A DNA stretch of 64,000 nt, taken from positions 70,648-134,647 of the IMG/VR virus record IMGVR_UViG_3300042303_000041. One strand, given 5' to 3'. Below the pieces are notes generated by a model that worked only from the letters and a program-made list of their open reading frames with translations, did not search any database and was not told the DNA's origin. This stretch comes from a virus. Its lineage: Duplodnaviria > Heunggongvirae > Uroviricota > Caudoviricetes. The translations under genes were made by a program, and so were the position numbers. Below, piece by piece: positions 37,678-46,968 of this stretch (the first letter of the stretch is position 1; each line of letters starts with the position of its first letter).

Positions 37678-37863
37678 TCAATTATACTCCAACTCTTCAT
37701 TAAAGTCAACAGGGAATGCTTCGTTGTACTCGTACTCTTCGAGTATGCACTCAACTTCTTCTCGATTCACAAGAGTCAGTCGTCCACTGATTACAGCGTA
37801 GTCCTGCAAGCCATACTCTCCAGCCAGCTGGATAAGCTCGAAGTCATTAAAATCATCCCACAT
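37678..37863 (-). CDS. Hypothetical small acidic protein (61 aa)
   Basis: ORF track; own promoter and RBS 'GGAG'. Confidence 0.4.
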   Translation of the reverse strand: MWDDFNDFELIQLAGEYGLQDYAVISGRLTLVNREEVECILEEYEYNEAFPVDFNEELEYN

Positions 37864-37887
37864 AGTAATCTCCTAATCAATACAGCT

Positions 37888-37917
37888 ATTATACATCTGC
37901 AGCGAATTAAAGTAAAC
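37888..37917 (-). promoter_or_regulatory. T4-early-type promoter (GTTTAC-18-TATAAT), cassette copy
   Basis: Minus strand GGTGTTTACTTTAATTCGCTGCAGATGTATAAT. Confidence 0.6.
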
Positions 37918-37928
37918 ACCATGAAAAA

Positions 37929-37949
37929 TGCCCCTACATTTCTGAGGGG
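37929..37949 (-). terminator. Rho-independent terminator (GCCCCT-n9-AGGGGC followed by AUUUUU) after gene 46
   Basis: Read directly; sits between the gp46 stop and the promoter cassette. Confidence 0.55.
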
Positions 37950-37977
37950 CATTCTGGAGAGATCGTTTACTTAAGAA

Positions 37978-39693
37978 TTACTTAACGATTATAGAGAAAT
38001 CATTACGTTTCTCAAACTTAATAACCGATCTAAACTTATCAAATAACTGGTCACCTTTATGGCTAATAACAAAGATATTAGTTTTGTCGCCGAATTGATC
38101 CATTAGATTTAAGAAGTAATCAGTTCCTGCAGTATCTAAAGAAGAATCAAAAATCTCATCTAACAATAATAGATTGGTATTTACAGAGTTCTTCATCTTA
38201 GCTATTTGCCTCCATGTAAAGAGAATAGCTAAATCAATACGCATTTTCTCACCTTCAGAGAAACTTGCATATGTAAAATCATCACGATGACGAGACTTAA
38301 TAGATTCATTAAATGATTCGTCTAACTCAAAGTGAATATAAGTATCCATGGCGTTTAGATACTTGTTGATTAACTTATTCATAATCGGAAGATACTCACG
38401 AATAATGGCAGTCTTAATACCAGTATCTTTAAGTAAAGAAGAAGCCACATCCTCGAGGTTTCTAGTTTCTAATAATTGAGTTTTAGTCTTAATCTTTTCT
38501 AAAGCATTTTGTGCCAACTCTTTTAACTTACGTTTCTCTTCATCGACATTATGCGTATCTGCTTTATGACTTTCAATCTCCGTAACTAATTCTTTATTCA
38601 TTCGATTCAACATAGTAATGTTTGCATTATATGTAGAAACAGATATATTCAAATCAGTAATCTCAGAAAGAATAGTATTCATTAAAGAAAGATCAGCATT
38701 TAGTTTATGGTGGATATCTTCCAGTTCAGTTAAACGTTGATTCTCAGATTCAATTTTAGCATTCAATTCGTGTAAAACACTTTCCTTATGCTCATGTGGT
38801 ATACCCTGCGTGCAGGATGGGCAAATACTATTCTCATTGAAGAATTGTGCCTCATGGTTCCATTGCTCGACTTTGGAAAGCAATTTAGTTTTCCACCCCT
38901 TCGCTTCTTCAATGTCGTTATCGACTTTACCCTTCTTCGCAACTCGTGATTGTAGTGTGGTAATCTTAGCAAGTGTTGTAGCCACCGAACTTTCGCTTCG
39001 CTGTATTTCTGAGTTATTATTTTCGACTTTAGATAGTAACGATTCAATAGCTTCTGACTTGGCAGTTTTAAGAGTGTTAATGAGAGTTGTCTGTCCTTCC
39101 ACCGCCAGTTTCGCCACAGAAACTTCATTTTCGATGCGTGTAATACTCGCCTTTGTCTCATTAGCTTTTTCTTTCAACAACTGATTCATGGTAGAGAAAA
39201 TACGAATATCCAATATATCTTCAATAACTTCACGACGTTGGTATGAAGTTAGTTGCATGAATGGAACAAACGATGCGCTACCAAGAATAACAACTTGTGT
39301 AAATGTCTTATAGTTTAGACGAATAATTTGCTGCTCAAGAACCTTCTGGTAATCACGTGCTGCTGCATCTTGATTCATTAATTCGTCATTGACATAAATC
39401 TGAAACACATTAGGCTTGATACCTCGAACTACTCGATACTCTTTACCAGAAATAGAAAATTCAATAGTGACTAGACATCCCTTGCCATTGATTGAATTGA
39501 TCAATTGACCTTTATTGATATTGCGGAAAGGCTTGCCGAATAAGGCAAAGCAGAGAGCATCAAGAATAGTAGACTTACCTTCACCATTCTTACCGATGAT
39601 AAGAGTCGTAGTAGACCTATCCAATAAAACAGTATTGGGCGAGTTGCCTGTAGATAAAAAGTTTTGCCAAGTTATAGACTTGAATATAATCAA
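37978..39693 (-). CDS. 46: Rad50/SbcC-like recombination ATPase (gp46-like)
   Basis: 571 aa; N-terminal Walker A 'GKNGEGKST', long central coiled coil with a CPSC zinc hook, C-terminal 'LLLLDE' Walker B/D-loop. Confidence 0.8.
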   Translation of the reverse strand: MIIFKSITWQNFLSTGNSPNTVLLDRSTTTLIIGKNGEGKSTILDALCFALFGKPFRNINKGQLINSINGKGCLVTIEFSISGKEYRVVRGIKPNVFQIYVNDELMNQDAAARDYQKVLEQQIIRLNYKTFTQVVILGSASFVPFMQLTSYQRREVIEDILDIRIFSTMNQLLKEKANETKASITRIENEVSVAKLAVEGQTTLINTLKTAKSEAIESLLSKVENNNSEIQRSESSVATTLAKITTLQSRVAKKGKVDNDIEEAKGWKTKLLSKVEQWNHEAQFFNENSICPSCTQGIPHEHKESVLHELNAKIESENQRLTELEDIHHKLNADLSLMNTILSEITDLNISVSTYNANITMLNRMNKELVTEIESHKADTHNVDEEKRKLKELAQNALEKIKTKTQLLETRNLEDVASSLLKDTGIKTAIIREYLPIMNKLINKYLNAMDTYIHFELDESFNESIKSRHRDDFTYASFSEGEKMRIDLAILFTWRQIAKMKNSVNTNLLLLDEIFDSSLDTAGTDYFLNLMDQFGDKTNIFVISHKGDQLFDKFRSVIKFEKRNDFSIIVK

Positions 39694-40751
39694 ACGACCT
39701 CCGTATTAATAGCTTCTGTATGAAGACTCTTCAAGAAATTTTTAATTTGTTCTTTGTCAACGTCAGTGTTAAGAGAATCAATATAATTAGAAAGAACAGA
39801 TACTGTATCTTCTAAATTTATTTCCTCACCAAGTTCACCGTCACCAAATTCTGATAAGTCTTCAATGATTTTTATTTCATGACAACCTTTAGTATACAAC
39901 TTCTGAACAAACTTATCAAATTTATAATAGTCAGTCTTATTAGTTACAACTAATCTCACATAACAATCGTTTAAATCGTAAGCGTCGAGGTCGATGGGGT
40001 CTTGCTCTTTATCGTCGTACTCGAGTCTGGCGAACATCGTATAACTATTGTGAACGAATTCAAGCTGTCTTGTTTGTAAGTCGAACAGATGAAACCCTCT
40101 GGGATCGTTATAGTCCTGCCATGTAAGTTCATAGGGATTTCCGAGATAGTAAATATGACTATCGTTACTACGGTGGTGATAATGACCAGAAAAGACAAGA
40201 TCAAACTTCTTGAAAATGTCTTTAGAAAATCCTTCATGGCTTTCCATTCCTCTATACATTGAGAACCCTGCGATCTCAAGATGCCCCATGCATAGTTCAG
40301 CGTTAGTGTTGTTTAATGTATCTAAACTTTGTTGATAATTATCTGGACAAATCCATGGAACCATACAGATAGGAACACCATCTACATAAATTGTTTCAGG
40401 AGAACTAATAACATCGATGTTAGAATACTCAGCTAAGATCAACTCTGGAGAGTTAACTTCATTAGTATTTTTATAGTAAGTGTCGTGGTTTCCAGCAAGC
40501 ATATGAACACGAATTCCTCGCTCCATCAACTTATCGAAAAACATCTCACGTGCACGATGCAAAGAATAAAAGTTAATATACTTGCGTCGATCAAACGTAT
40601 CACCAAGAATCAATACAGTGGTAATACCTTCCCTATCTAATGTAGGGAAAAAGATATTATCATAAAACTTTTGAAAGAAGTCTAGGAAAGCAACGCTATC
40701 ATTCCTTGCACCAAAATGCTGATCAGTTATGATTGCTACTTTCATATTCAA
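39690..40751 (-). CDS. 47: Mre11/SbcD-like nuclease (gp47-like)
   Basis: 353 aa; calcineurin-like phosphoesterase motifs 'ITDQHFG', 'GDTFD', 'GNHD', 'GHYH'. Confidence 0.8.
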   Translation of the reverse strand: MNMKVAIITDQHFGARNDSVAFLDFFQKFYDNIFFPTLDREGITTVLILGDTFDRRKYINFYSLHRAREMFFDKLMERGIRVHMLAGNHDTYYKNTNEVNSPELILAEYSNIDVISSPETIYVDGVPICMVPWICPDNYQQSLDTLNNTNAELCMGHLEIAGFSMYRGMESHEGFSKDIFKKFDLVFSGHYHHRSNDSHIYYLGNPYELTWQDYNDPRGFHLFDLQTRQLEFVHNSYTMFARLEYDDKEQDPIDLDAYDLNDCYVRLVVTNKTDYYKFDKFVQKLYTKGCHEIKIIEDLSEFGDGELGEEINLEDTVSVLSNYIDSLNTDVDKEQIKNFLKSLHTEAINTEVV

Positions 40752-41953
40752 ATAAACCCCATCTTTCTATTGGTAATAGATTTTTCCATGTTGCGGGTTT
40801 GTTCATTGAACACTTCTGCAATAGTGTAACGTTCAGCTTCTTTACCACGTGGACGAACTGGAAGTTTAACTTCGAGTTTATCTGCCAGGGCTTGTGCTTG
40901 TTCAACCTTTAGATTATCAAATGATAAGATATCAAAGCAACGACCTGGACGAACAAGAGCAGAGTCAATATCACGGATGCTTGGGAGATTAGTAGAGAAG
41001 ATCATCTTCTTACCCTTTGTAGTCACGAGACCATCACCAACGTTAAGGAAACGGTGCATCATAGTATTACCATCTGTTCTTGGCTTCAAGAAAGCATCGC
41101 TGTCTTCCAAAACCATAACGCTGGCGTCGTCTTCAATAAACCGTGCAAAGAGATAATCCTTTTCAAGGATAGTGGCGTCATAGGTTACCATGGCGCTAGA
41201 ATTTGTATGAGCCAACAGTCCCCGAATGAATGTTGTCTTGCCAGTTCCAGGTGGACCGATCAGCAATAAAATATTTGCTGAAGATTCCATATAACGCTCG
41301 TAGTAAGATCCAAGAGTCTCACCATTCAAGAATGGATACATCTCTTCGCAAGGCATTCTATCACGATTTAGTGGAACGTTAACAGAATTACCATCAGAAG
41401 AATAGATCCATTCGATGTAAGAAGTAACGACATCGAAATGATTCTCAACTAGATCAATGATAGATTCTGCAAATTCAGTATCACCAAAAGCTCTAACGGT
41501 GGTAGAGTTAGAGTTAACACTGTATGTAATGTAGTTTAATTCTTCTTTGAATATAACAAACCCATTAGAGGAACTGCTTTGTACAAACAAGCAAGTTATA
41601 AATTGATCTTCTGCCCAAGATGCCCACTTTTGTCTGTTACACAAAACTGTAGTTTCACGATGAATAGTTTGTTTGCCGAGAGCAACTCTTTGATCTAAGA
41701 TCTGAGATGTGATCAAGTCATCGAAATCAGAAACACCGAGAAATATCTTTTTATCTTCCATAATATCTTTCAAATTAAACATGTTGTCTGTAGAGTCCCA
41801 AGTAAATCTCTTGAGAAGTCTAGTTGATCCTTTTGCTATGTTGCGCACCTTGCGTCCAGCTGCTGTACTAATACCTCTTCGAGAAATCGCTGGTCTAGTG
41901 CCTGAACGTAAATCTGCAAGCAATTTATCTATTGAGTTCGCCATCGGGTTCAC
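40748..41953 (-). CDS. AAA-family ATPase (classic AAA with an N-terminal extra domain; Bcs1-like architecture)
   Basis: 401 aa; Walker A 'GPPGTGKTT', Walker B 'VLEDSD', SRH 'ALVRPGRCFD'; occupies the T4 alpha-gt position between 47 and 55. Confidence 0.6.
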   Translation of the reverse strand: MNPMANSIDKLLADLRSGTRPAISRRGISTAAGRKVRNIAKGSTRLLKRFTWDSTDNMFNLKDIMEDKKIFLGVSDFDDLITSQILDQRVALGKQTIHRETTVLCNRQKWASWAEDQFITCLFVQSSSSNGFVIFKEELNYITYSVNSNSTTVRAFGDTEFAESIIDLVENHFDVVTSYIEWIYSSDGNSVNVPLNRDRMPCEEMYPFLNGETLGSYYERYMESSANILLLIGPPGTGKTTFIRGLLAHTNSSAMVTYDATILEKDYLFARFIEDDASVMVLEDSDAFLKPRTDGNTMMHRFLNVGDGLVTTKGKKMIFSTNLPSIRDIDSALVRPGRCFDILSFDNLKVEQAQALADKLEVKLPVRPRGKEAERYTIAEVFNEQTRNMEKSITNRKMGFI

Positions 41954-42467
41954 CTATAAAATTATCAAGTGGAGCAGCTGCAACTTTCTTTACTTTCTTC
42001 TTTGATTCAAACATTTCAAAGTTTTGAGTTGGTTGCATGTAATCATTATACAAGTTCTTCATGTGCATGTCATCGTCTTGGTCTTGGGTATCAAACATAT
42101 CAAATGGCATCTCTTGAATCAACTTATGTTTGATGTAAGAGTGTTTCTTTTCTTTTTGAATTCTTCGCAAAAAAGCATAGTAAATAATTTGAGTAAAGTA
42201 TGCAAATGGATTGCTACCCTTGTCGGGATCAAAGTTATCAATGTACTCAATACAATTTTCAATACCATCAAGAATCATATCGTCACGATACGTGTAGTTG
42301 ATGAAGTTTGGTTTGTAAGATAAGTGCGTTGCGATTTTAAGAATACACTCTCCAATGTAGTTGCTAAGAATAGGCTTTTCTTTTCCCTGTTCTTCGGCAT
42401 CTTTAACTTGGAGTTTATAATCCTTTAGGGCTTGTAAAAAATCAGCGTTGTTAACGTATTGTGCCAT
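41925..42467 (-). CDS. 55: Late-transcription sigma factor (gp55-like)
   Basis: 180 aa; 'QYVNNADFLQAL' and 'NPFAYFTQIIYYAFLRRIQKEKK' align to T4 gp55; synteny 55-47-46. Confidence 0.75.
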   Translation of the reverse strand: MAQYVNNADFLQALKDYKLQVKDAEEQGKEKPILSNYIGECILKIATHLSYKPNFINYTYRDDMILDGIENCIEYIDNFDPDKGSNPFAYFTQIIYYAFLRRIQKEKKHSYIKHKLIQEMPFDMFDTQDQDDDMHMKNLYNDYMQPTQNFEMFESKKKVKKVAAAPLDNFIGEPDGELNR

Positions 42468-42499
42468 GGAGTCCTTTGTTTTTCTTGTGTCATGGTGTA

Positions 42500-42528
42500 A
42501 GTATACACGTTATATGAAAAAAAGTCAA
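42500..42528 (-). promoter_or_regulatory. Sigma70-like promoter (TTGACT-17-TATACT) upstream of gene 55
   Basis: Minus strand TTGACTTTTTTTCATATAACGTGTATACT lies in the 150-nt intergenic gap. Confidence 0.45.
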
Positions 42529-42618
42529 GTTTATCTTAAATGCATTTTGCAAAGAAAATTTACTTGACTTTTATTTGACACAGCAGTAAAATAGCTATGT
42601 TCCCTTATGATGATTACA

Positions 42619-43080
42619 TTAGTTAATACTATCTGATCCTTCAACGAAGAATGTATCTCTCTCTGGTTCCTGCGTATCGATTCCCAAAATCATTGCAAGT
42701 TTGTCTACCTTTTCTTTGAATTCATCTACTGTTGTTGCTGGTTTATCTAGCTTTGATACAGAGCCATCATGATTTCTTTTAACAAGCACTTGTTCGTGAT
42801 TCTTTAGCAGATTTAAGTAGTTAGGCACTAATGCTTGGTGTAACTCTTTTACAAACATAACATCTTTTCTTTCTATCGTAAAGTAGTCATCTGCTGCAAA
42901 TGGGCAGAATGGTGTAGCAATCATATGCTCTTTACCGACTCCACCATCAAACGTTTGTATAGAACGAATCAACATCGGATACTTCAACTCAAGAAGATCC
43001 GAATTCTCATAGTCTAGGATAGACATAACGTTTTCTCCTGACACTAGCTTTACTACTACGTATTTAGTTTCTTCGTTCAT
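42619..43080 (-). CDS. Hypothetical protein (153 aa)
   Basis: ORF track; overlaps the uvsW stop by 4 nt. Confidence 0.4.
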   Translation of the reverse strand: MNEETKYVVVKLVSGENVMSILDYENSDLLELKYPMLIRSIQTFDGGVGKEHMIATPFCPFAADDYFTIERKDVMFVKELHQALVPNYLNLLKNHEQVLVKRNHDGSVSKLDKPATTVDEFKEKVDKLAMILGIDTQEPERDTFFVEGSDSIN

Positions 43081-44558
43081 AGGTCTACCTCTACCACTTT
43101 TATTTCAAATTGTTCTTCGGCATAGACTTTGTATCTTTCAGCTGCATGATTTAATGTATGATTCTTCCATGACTTCCAATGTAGATCATCGGCAAGATCA
43201 TATAAGTTACAATGCGTCTTTCCATTGTTAAGTCTCAAGCCACGACCAATACTTTGTAGGTTTCTAATTTTACTCTTGCTTGGTGATGCAAATATTACGT
43301 TCTCAATAGAAGGTATGTTAATACCTGTAGAAAAAGTTCCGTAAGATGCTATGATGATTGCATCACTTTCGCCTTCGGTGATATGTCTAATTGATTCACG
43401 ATCAGCTGTCTCAGTTCCACCATACACGAAAAAGATTTTACGTTTAGCGTGAGCTTTGTCTTTGATCATCTCATGTAAAACTTTTCCATGCTTCTCTACA
43501 TACTGGAAAAGCACTAAGGTGTTTCCACTACTATTTATAGCTAGGTTACGAATGAATCTATTGCGGTGCGGATGCTGTACGATGAAGTCCATTTCTTCTT
43601 GGTACTGCATGTTCTTATTAGCTTTACGAGTCACCTCATCATACTTTAATACCACGCACATAATCTTTAGCTTTGCTAAACGATCACTGTCCATAAGTTG
43701 CTTTGTAGTAGTGACACGATGCACTGGACCAAATATACCTTCAAGAACAAGACGGTGTATCTTTTTATTGTCCAACGTTCCAGTGGTTCCAACTCTGTAT
43801 CTTACTGTGTCTAATTTTTCCATGACAGTAGTAAGAGACTTTGCTTTAAACTGATGTGCTTCATCTCCAAAGATTACATCGAAGTTTTTAAACCAAGATT
43901 TTGGCTGCAGGTATATTGACTGCCATGTAGTAATCAATACATCTTTGGTAAAGTCTTTAGTGAAACCAGAGTAGAGTTTTTGACAGTAAGAGCTAGTCTT
44001 CCATCCATTGGCACTAGAGTAATCTTCAAAATCAGCATACAGTTGCTCAACAAGAGATGTTGTTGGAACTATAATGATACATTTTCTATTGTGTTGAAGA
44101 TGCCACCTTAACGTTGTATAGATTATGAACGACTTACCTGAAGCTGTTGGTGACAACAGCAATGTACGTTCTTTATCTAATGCAGTCTTAACTGCTTCAA
44201 CTTGGTAATCACGAATCTCAATAGGGTTACCACGACCCATTGGTTTTAACCACTCTGCAAACTCTTGAACTATCTCATGCGTTATACCTGCGCTTATATT
44301 TAAGTTTGTGGTGTATGTTACATTATATCCATTGCGCTTGGCAAATTCTTCTACGTATGGAGCTAGACCAAGATATAAAGTTTTTCTTAGTTGATCATAC
44401 AGACGAACTTTACCATCCCATAGTCTTGCTTTAAATTTTGGAGTAAATTTTGCGCCTGGATATTCATACGTAAAGAAGTCGCATATCTCTTGTTCAATCG
44501 ATGGGTCAGAGAAAACTCGAACATATACTTCATCCAATTTTTCTATTGTTATATTCAT
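43077..44558 (-). CDS. uvsW: SF2 DEAH-box DNA helicase UvsW
   Basis: 493 aa; Walker A 'SPTASGKS', 'FGDEAHQF' DEAH box; lies next to uvsY. Confidence 0.8.
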   Translation of the reverse strand: MNITIEKLDEVYVRVFSDPSIEQEICDFFTYEYPGAKFTPKFKARLWDGKVRLYDQLRKTLYLGLAPYVEEFAKRNGYNVTYTTNLNISAGITHEIVQEFAEWLKPMGRGNPIEIRDYQVEAVKTALDKERTLLLSPTASGKSFIIYTTLRWHLQHNRKCIIIVPTTSLVEQLYADFEDYSSANGWKTSSYCQKLYSGFTKDFTKDVLITTWQSIYLQPKSWFKNFDVIFGDEAHQFKAKSLTTVMEKLDTVRYRVGTTGTLDNKKIHRLVLEGIFGPVHRVTTTKQLMDSDRLAKLKIMCVVLKYDEVTRKANKNMQYQEEMDFIVQHPHRNRFIRNLAINSSGNTLVLFQYVEKHGKVLHEMIKDKAHAKRKIFFVYGGTETADRESIRHITEGESDAIIIASYGTFSTGINIPSIENVIFASPSKSKIRNLQSIGRGLRLNNGKTHCNLYDLADDLHWKSWKNHTLNHAAERYKVYAEEQFEIKVVEVDL

Positions 44559-44561
44559 CTA

Positions 44562-44999
44562 TTAATTTCCAGCCAAGAACTTCTTCCATTCGATGCCATT
44601 TTTAATCTGCCACTCACGTGACTTGATTTGTTGCATTATAGATTCAAGCATATAAACCATCGTGTTTAAATACTCAACACGTAGTTGTAGTTTGTTTAAC
44701 TCATCATCACCAGTAAGAAATTCATCCATCTCATTTTTAAGTGGCTTGATACCTTGCCATTGATCCCACTCAAGAGATTCTAATTCAGTACGTGAGAGTT
44801 CCCCACGGTAGTAACGAAACTTGTTCTTACGTAGGATGTTGTACTCAGATTGCATTTTTATCTGCATGAGTTTTTTGTTGATCAATATCTTTATATATTT
44901 TGCGTGTAACTTTGGAGTAGTTGTTGATGCTTCTCCAAGGTAATTGTCGTCTATTGCAGAATCGACATCCCACATATCTTGTAGCTCTTCAATATTCAT
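44562..44999 (-). CDS. uvsY: Recombination mediator UvsY-like
   Basis: 145 aa; N-terminal 'IEELQDMW' and 'KFRYYRGE' resemble T4 UvsY 'LEDLQEEL...YYSG'; adjacent to uvsW. Confidence 0.55.
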   Translation of the reverse strand: MNIEELQDMWDVDSAIDDNYLGEASTTTPKLHAKYIKILINKKLMQIKMQSEYNILRKNKFRYYRGELSRTELESLEWDQWQGIKPLKNEMDEFLTGDDELNKLQLRVEYLNTMVYMLESIMQQIKSREWQIKNGIEWKKFLAGN

Positions 45000-45027
45000 A
45001 ATAACCTCACAGGGAATAATAATCTAT

Positions 45028-45561
45028 TTATTCGAATTTATAGTACCCGTATCTAAAAGTAGCATTACCGATAAGATACTGCACATCGTTGTTGTCTGAT
45101 TGAAACACCAATGAGTCAATAGTGACTGGAAACATATCTATAAACCTAATTGTCTTGATTACATTATTGCTAGATCCTAGAATAGATAGCGTTGCGTCAG
45201 AATAGTTTGCTGCCAATTCACTAACAACAACTCTTTGGTCGTCATTAAAGTATGTAATATACTGGTCGTATGTTTGTGGAAATCCAAGAGCAACGATCCA
45301 GTTATAGATCGACTGATAGTTTTCCATTGCTTCGTCTACCATAAACTTAACATTCAACGTATCATATACTAGTGTTTCACCAGGAATAGGTTGTAAGTTA
45401 AATGGGTTTGCGAATTCTGGGGCACCAAGTGTGATGCCAGGTAGATTAGCTTCTTGACAAAAGAATGTTATAGAAGGTAATTTCTGGATGGTGAACATGA
45501 ACCCATTTGGAGACAATGGATTGATGTTTGCTGGGATGGGACATGAAAGTGTATTTGCCAT
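45028..45561 (-). CDS. Tail-tube-fold protein (gp19 paralog; possibly a tube initiator or terminator)
   Basis: 177 aa; 'FFCQEANLPGITLG' and 'NVKFMVDEAMENYQSIYNWI' parallel motifs of the gp19 homolog at 51378 ('FLCKAAQLPAATIE', 'WTITVYNDTDFAIRNAMETWSNGI'). Confidence 0.5.
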   Translation of the reverse strand: MANTLSCPIPANINPLSPNGFMFTIQKLPSITFFCQEANLPGITLGAPEFANPFNLQPIPGETLVYDTLNVKFMVDEAMENYQSIYNWIVALGFPQTYDQYITYFNDDQRVVVSELAANYSDATLSILGSSNNVIKTIRFIDMFPVTIDSLVFQSDNNDVQYLIGNATFRYGYYKFE

Positions 45562-45586
45562 ACTATTATTTAGTAAAATAAAAAAA

Positions 45587-45602
45587 GGGATCCGAAGATC
45601 CC
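45587..45602 (-). terminator. Strong rho-independent terminator after the major capsid gene: GGGAUC-UUCG-GAUCCC followed by U7
   Basis: Read directly; UUCG tetraloop; identical core to the hairpin at 27503. Confidence 0.7.
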
Positions 45603-45644
45603 TTTGAAGTACCGCTTCTTGCGTCGGTTTACTTACCTTGACTA

Positions 45645-46955
45645 TTACATCAAGTTAGTAACCTTAACTCTACGGTAGTAGTAGTTTTCGTTAGCAGTCA
45701 AGCCACCAGAACCATCCAATGAAACGAATGGGTTAGCAACCATGCCGTAACGAGTCTTGAAACCAATCTTAGGCTGGAAAGACTCTGGGTCAACAGCACG
45801 AACTAGTTGCAATGGAACGTATGGGCAGTAGAACAAGCCAGCGTCAAAAGCAGAAGTGCCTTTGTATCCGCAAACAAAGTACTGAGATGCAGACACGTTT
45901 GCAGTGTATGGATCAACATAAACTTTGTACTTGCCGTTTAGAATACCAGCGAAAGTAGTAGAAGTGTCATCTACGTTCAAACCGTTATTGCCAGCCAAAG
46001 CAGGAGTGTAGTCAAGAACACCAGCCATCGCTAGAGCAGACGCAACGTCAGCTGAAGTGATGATGAAGTTACCACGACCACGACGTGTTTGCTGACCAAT
46101 AGCATTGGCTTCACGTTCGATTTGGAACATCAAGCCTTTGAACTTTTCAACAGACCAACGACCGTTAGCATCAACGTCCAAGTCGAAAGTACCAGCAGTA
46201 GCAGTACCAACAACAGCACCTGCCTTAGCAGTAGCGTATACAGTACGAACAACTTCACGGTTAATTTCTGCCAAAATTTCTGTAGACAGAATGTTAGACA
46301 GTTCGCCTTCAGCGTCTAGACCATGCACAGAGCGCAGATCTTGAGCCAATTCAACAGAGTATTCTGCCTTCAAAGCACGAGTCTTTGCAGTTACAGAAGT
46401 CTTTTCGATAGAGAAAGCCATTTGACCGAAAGCACCGTCACCAGAACCGCCTTGACCTAGACGTTCTGCAGCAGCAGTAGTCAGACCATTACCAGTAGTG
46501 AACGTGCCATCAACTGGGTTAGAACCAGCGTGAGCAGGAGATGCAGCACCAGAGAAATCAGTATCTGCTTCGTTGAACAACGCTTCAGTACCATTTTGGT
46601 TGGTGTAACGGCTCTTCATCGCGAAGATCAAGCCAGTAGGCTGGGTCATTGGCTGAACGCCAGCGATGTCATAAGCGATAAGTTGTGGCATAGAGCGACG
46701 TACTAAGCTGATCAGAACTGGGTCATAGCCAGCCATTTGAGCATTAGAACCTGCACCACCTAGAGCAACACCAGTACCACCGAAGTTGGTAGGAGCAGCT
46801 TCAAACAATGCCTGAGCTTGCTTGCTCATTTCGCGTTCTTGGTTTTCCAAAAGAATCGCAGTTACTTCTTTACGGTAGTGATCCTTGATAGGAGTGCTAC
46901 TTTCGTGCTCCAGAATCGGAGCCCATTTCTTTAATAGATCTTGACGATTAGTCAT
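45645..46955 (-). CDS. 23: Major capsid protein (gp23-like, HK97 fold)
   Basis: 436 aa; follows the scaffold and protease genes in the T4 order; strong terminator downstream; sequence agrees with the T4-like gp23 family. Confidence 0.8.
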   Translation of the reverse strand: MTNRQDLLKKWAPILEHESSTPIKDHYRKEVTAILLENQEREMSKQAQALFEAAPTNFGGTGVALGGAGSNAQMAGYDPVLISLVRRSMPQLIAYDIAGVQPMTQPTGLIFAMKSRYTNQNGTEALFNEADTDFSGAASPAHAGSNPVDGTFTTGNGLTTAAAERLGQGGSGDGAFGQMAFSIEKTSVTAKTRALKAEYSVELAQDLRSVHGLDAEGELSNILSTEILAEINREVVRTVYATAKAGAVVGTATAGTFDLDVDANGRWSVEKFKGLMFQIEREANAIGQQTRRGRGNFIITSADVASALAMAGVLDYTPALAGNNGLNVDDTSTTFAGILNGKYKVYVDPYTANVSASQYFVCGYKGTSAFDAGLFYCPYVPLQLVRAVDPESFQPKIGFKTRYGMVANPFVSLDGSGGLTANENYYYRRVKVTNLM

Positions 46956-46968
46956 TTTATTTTCCTTT

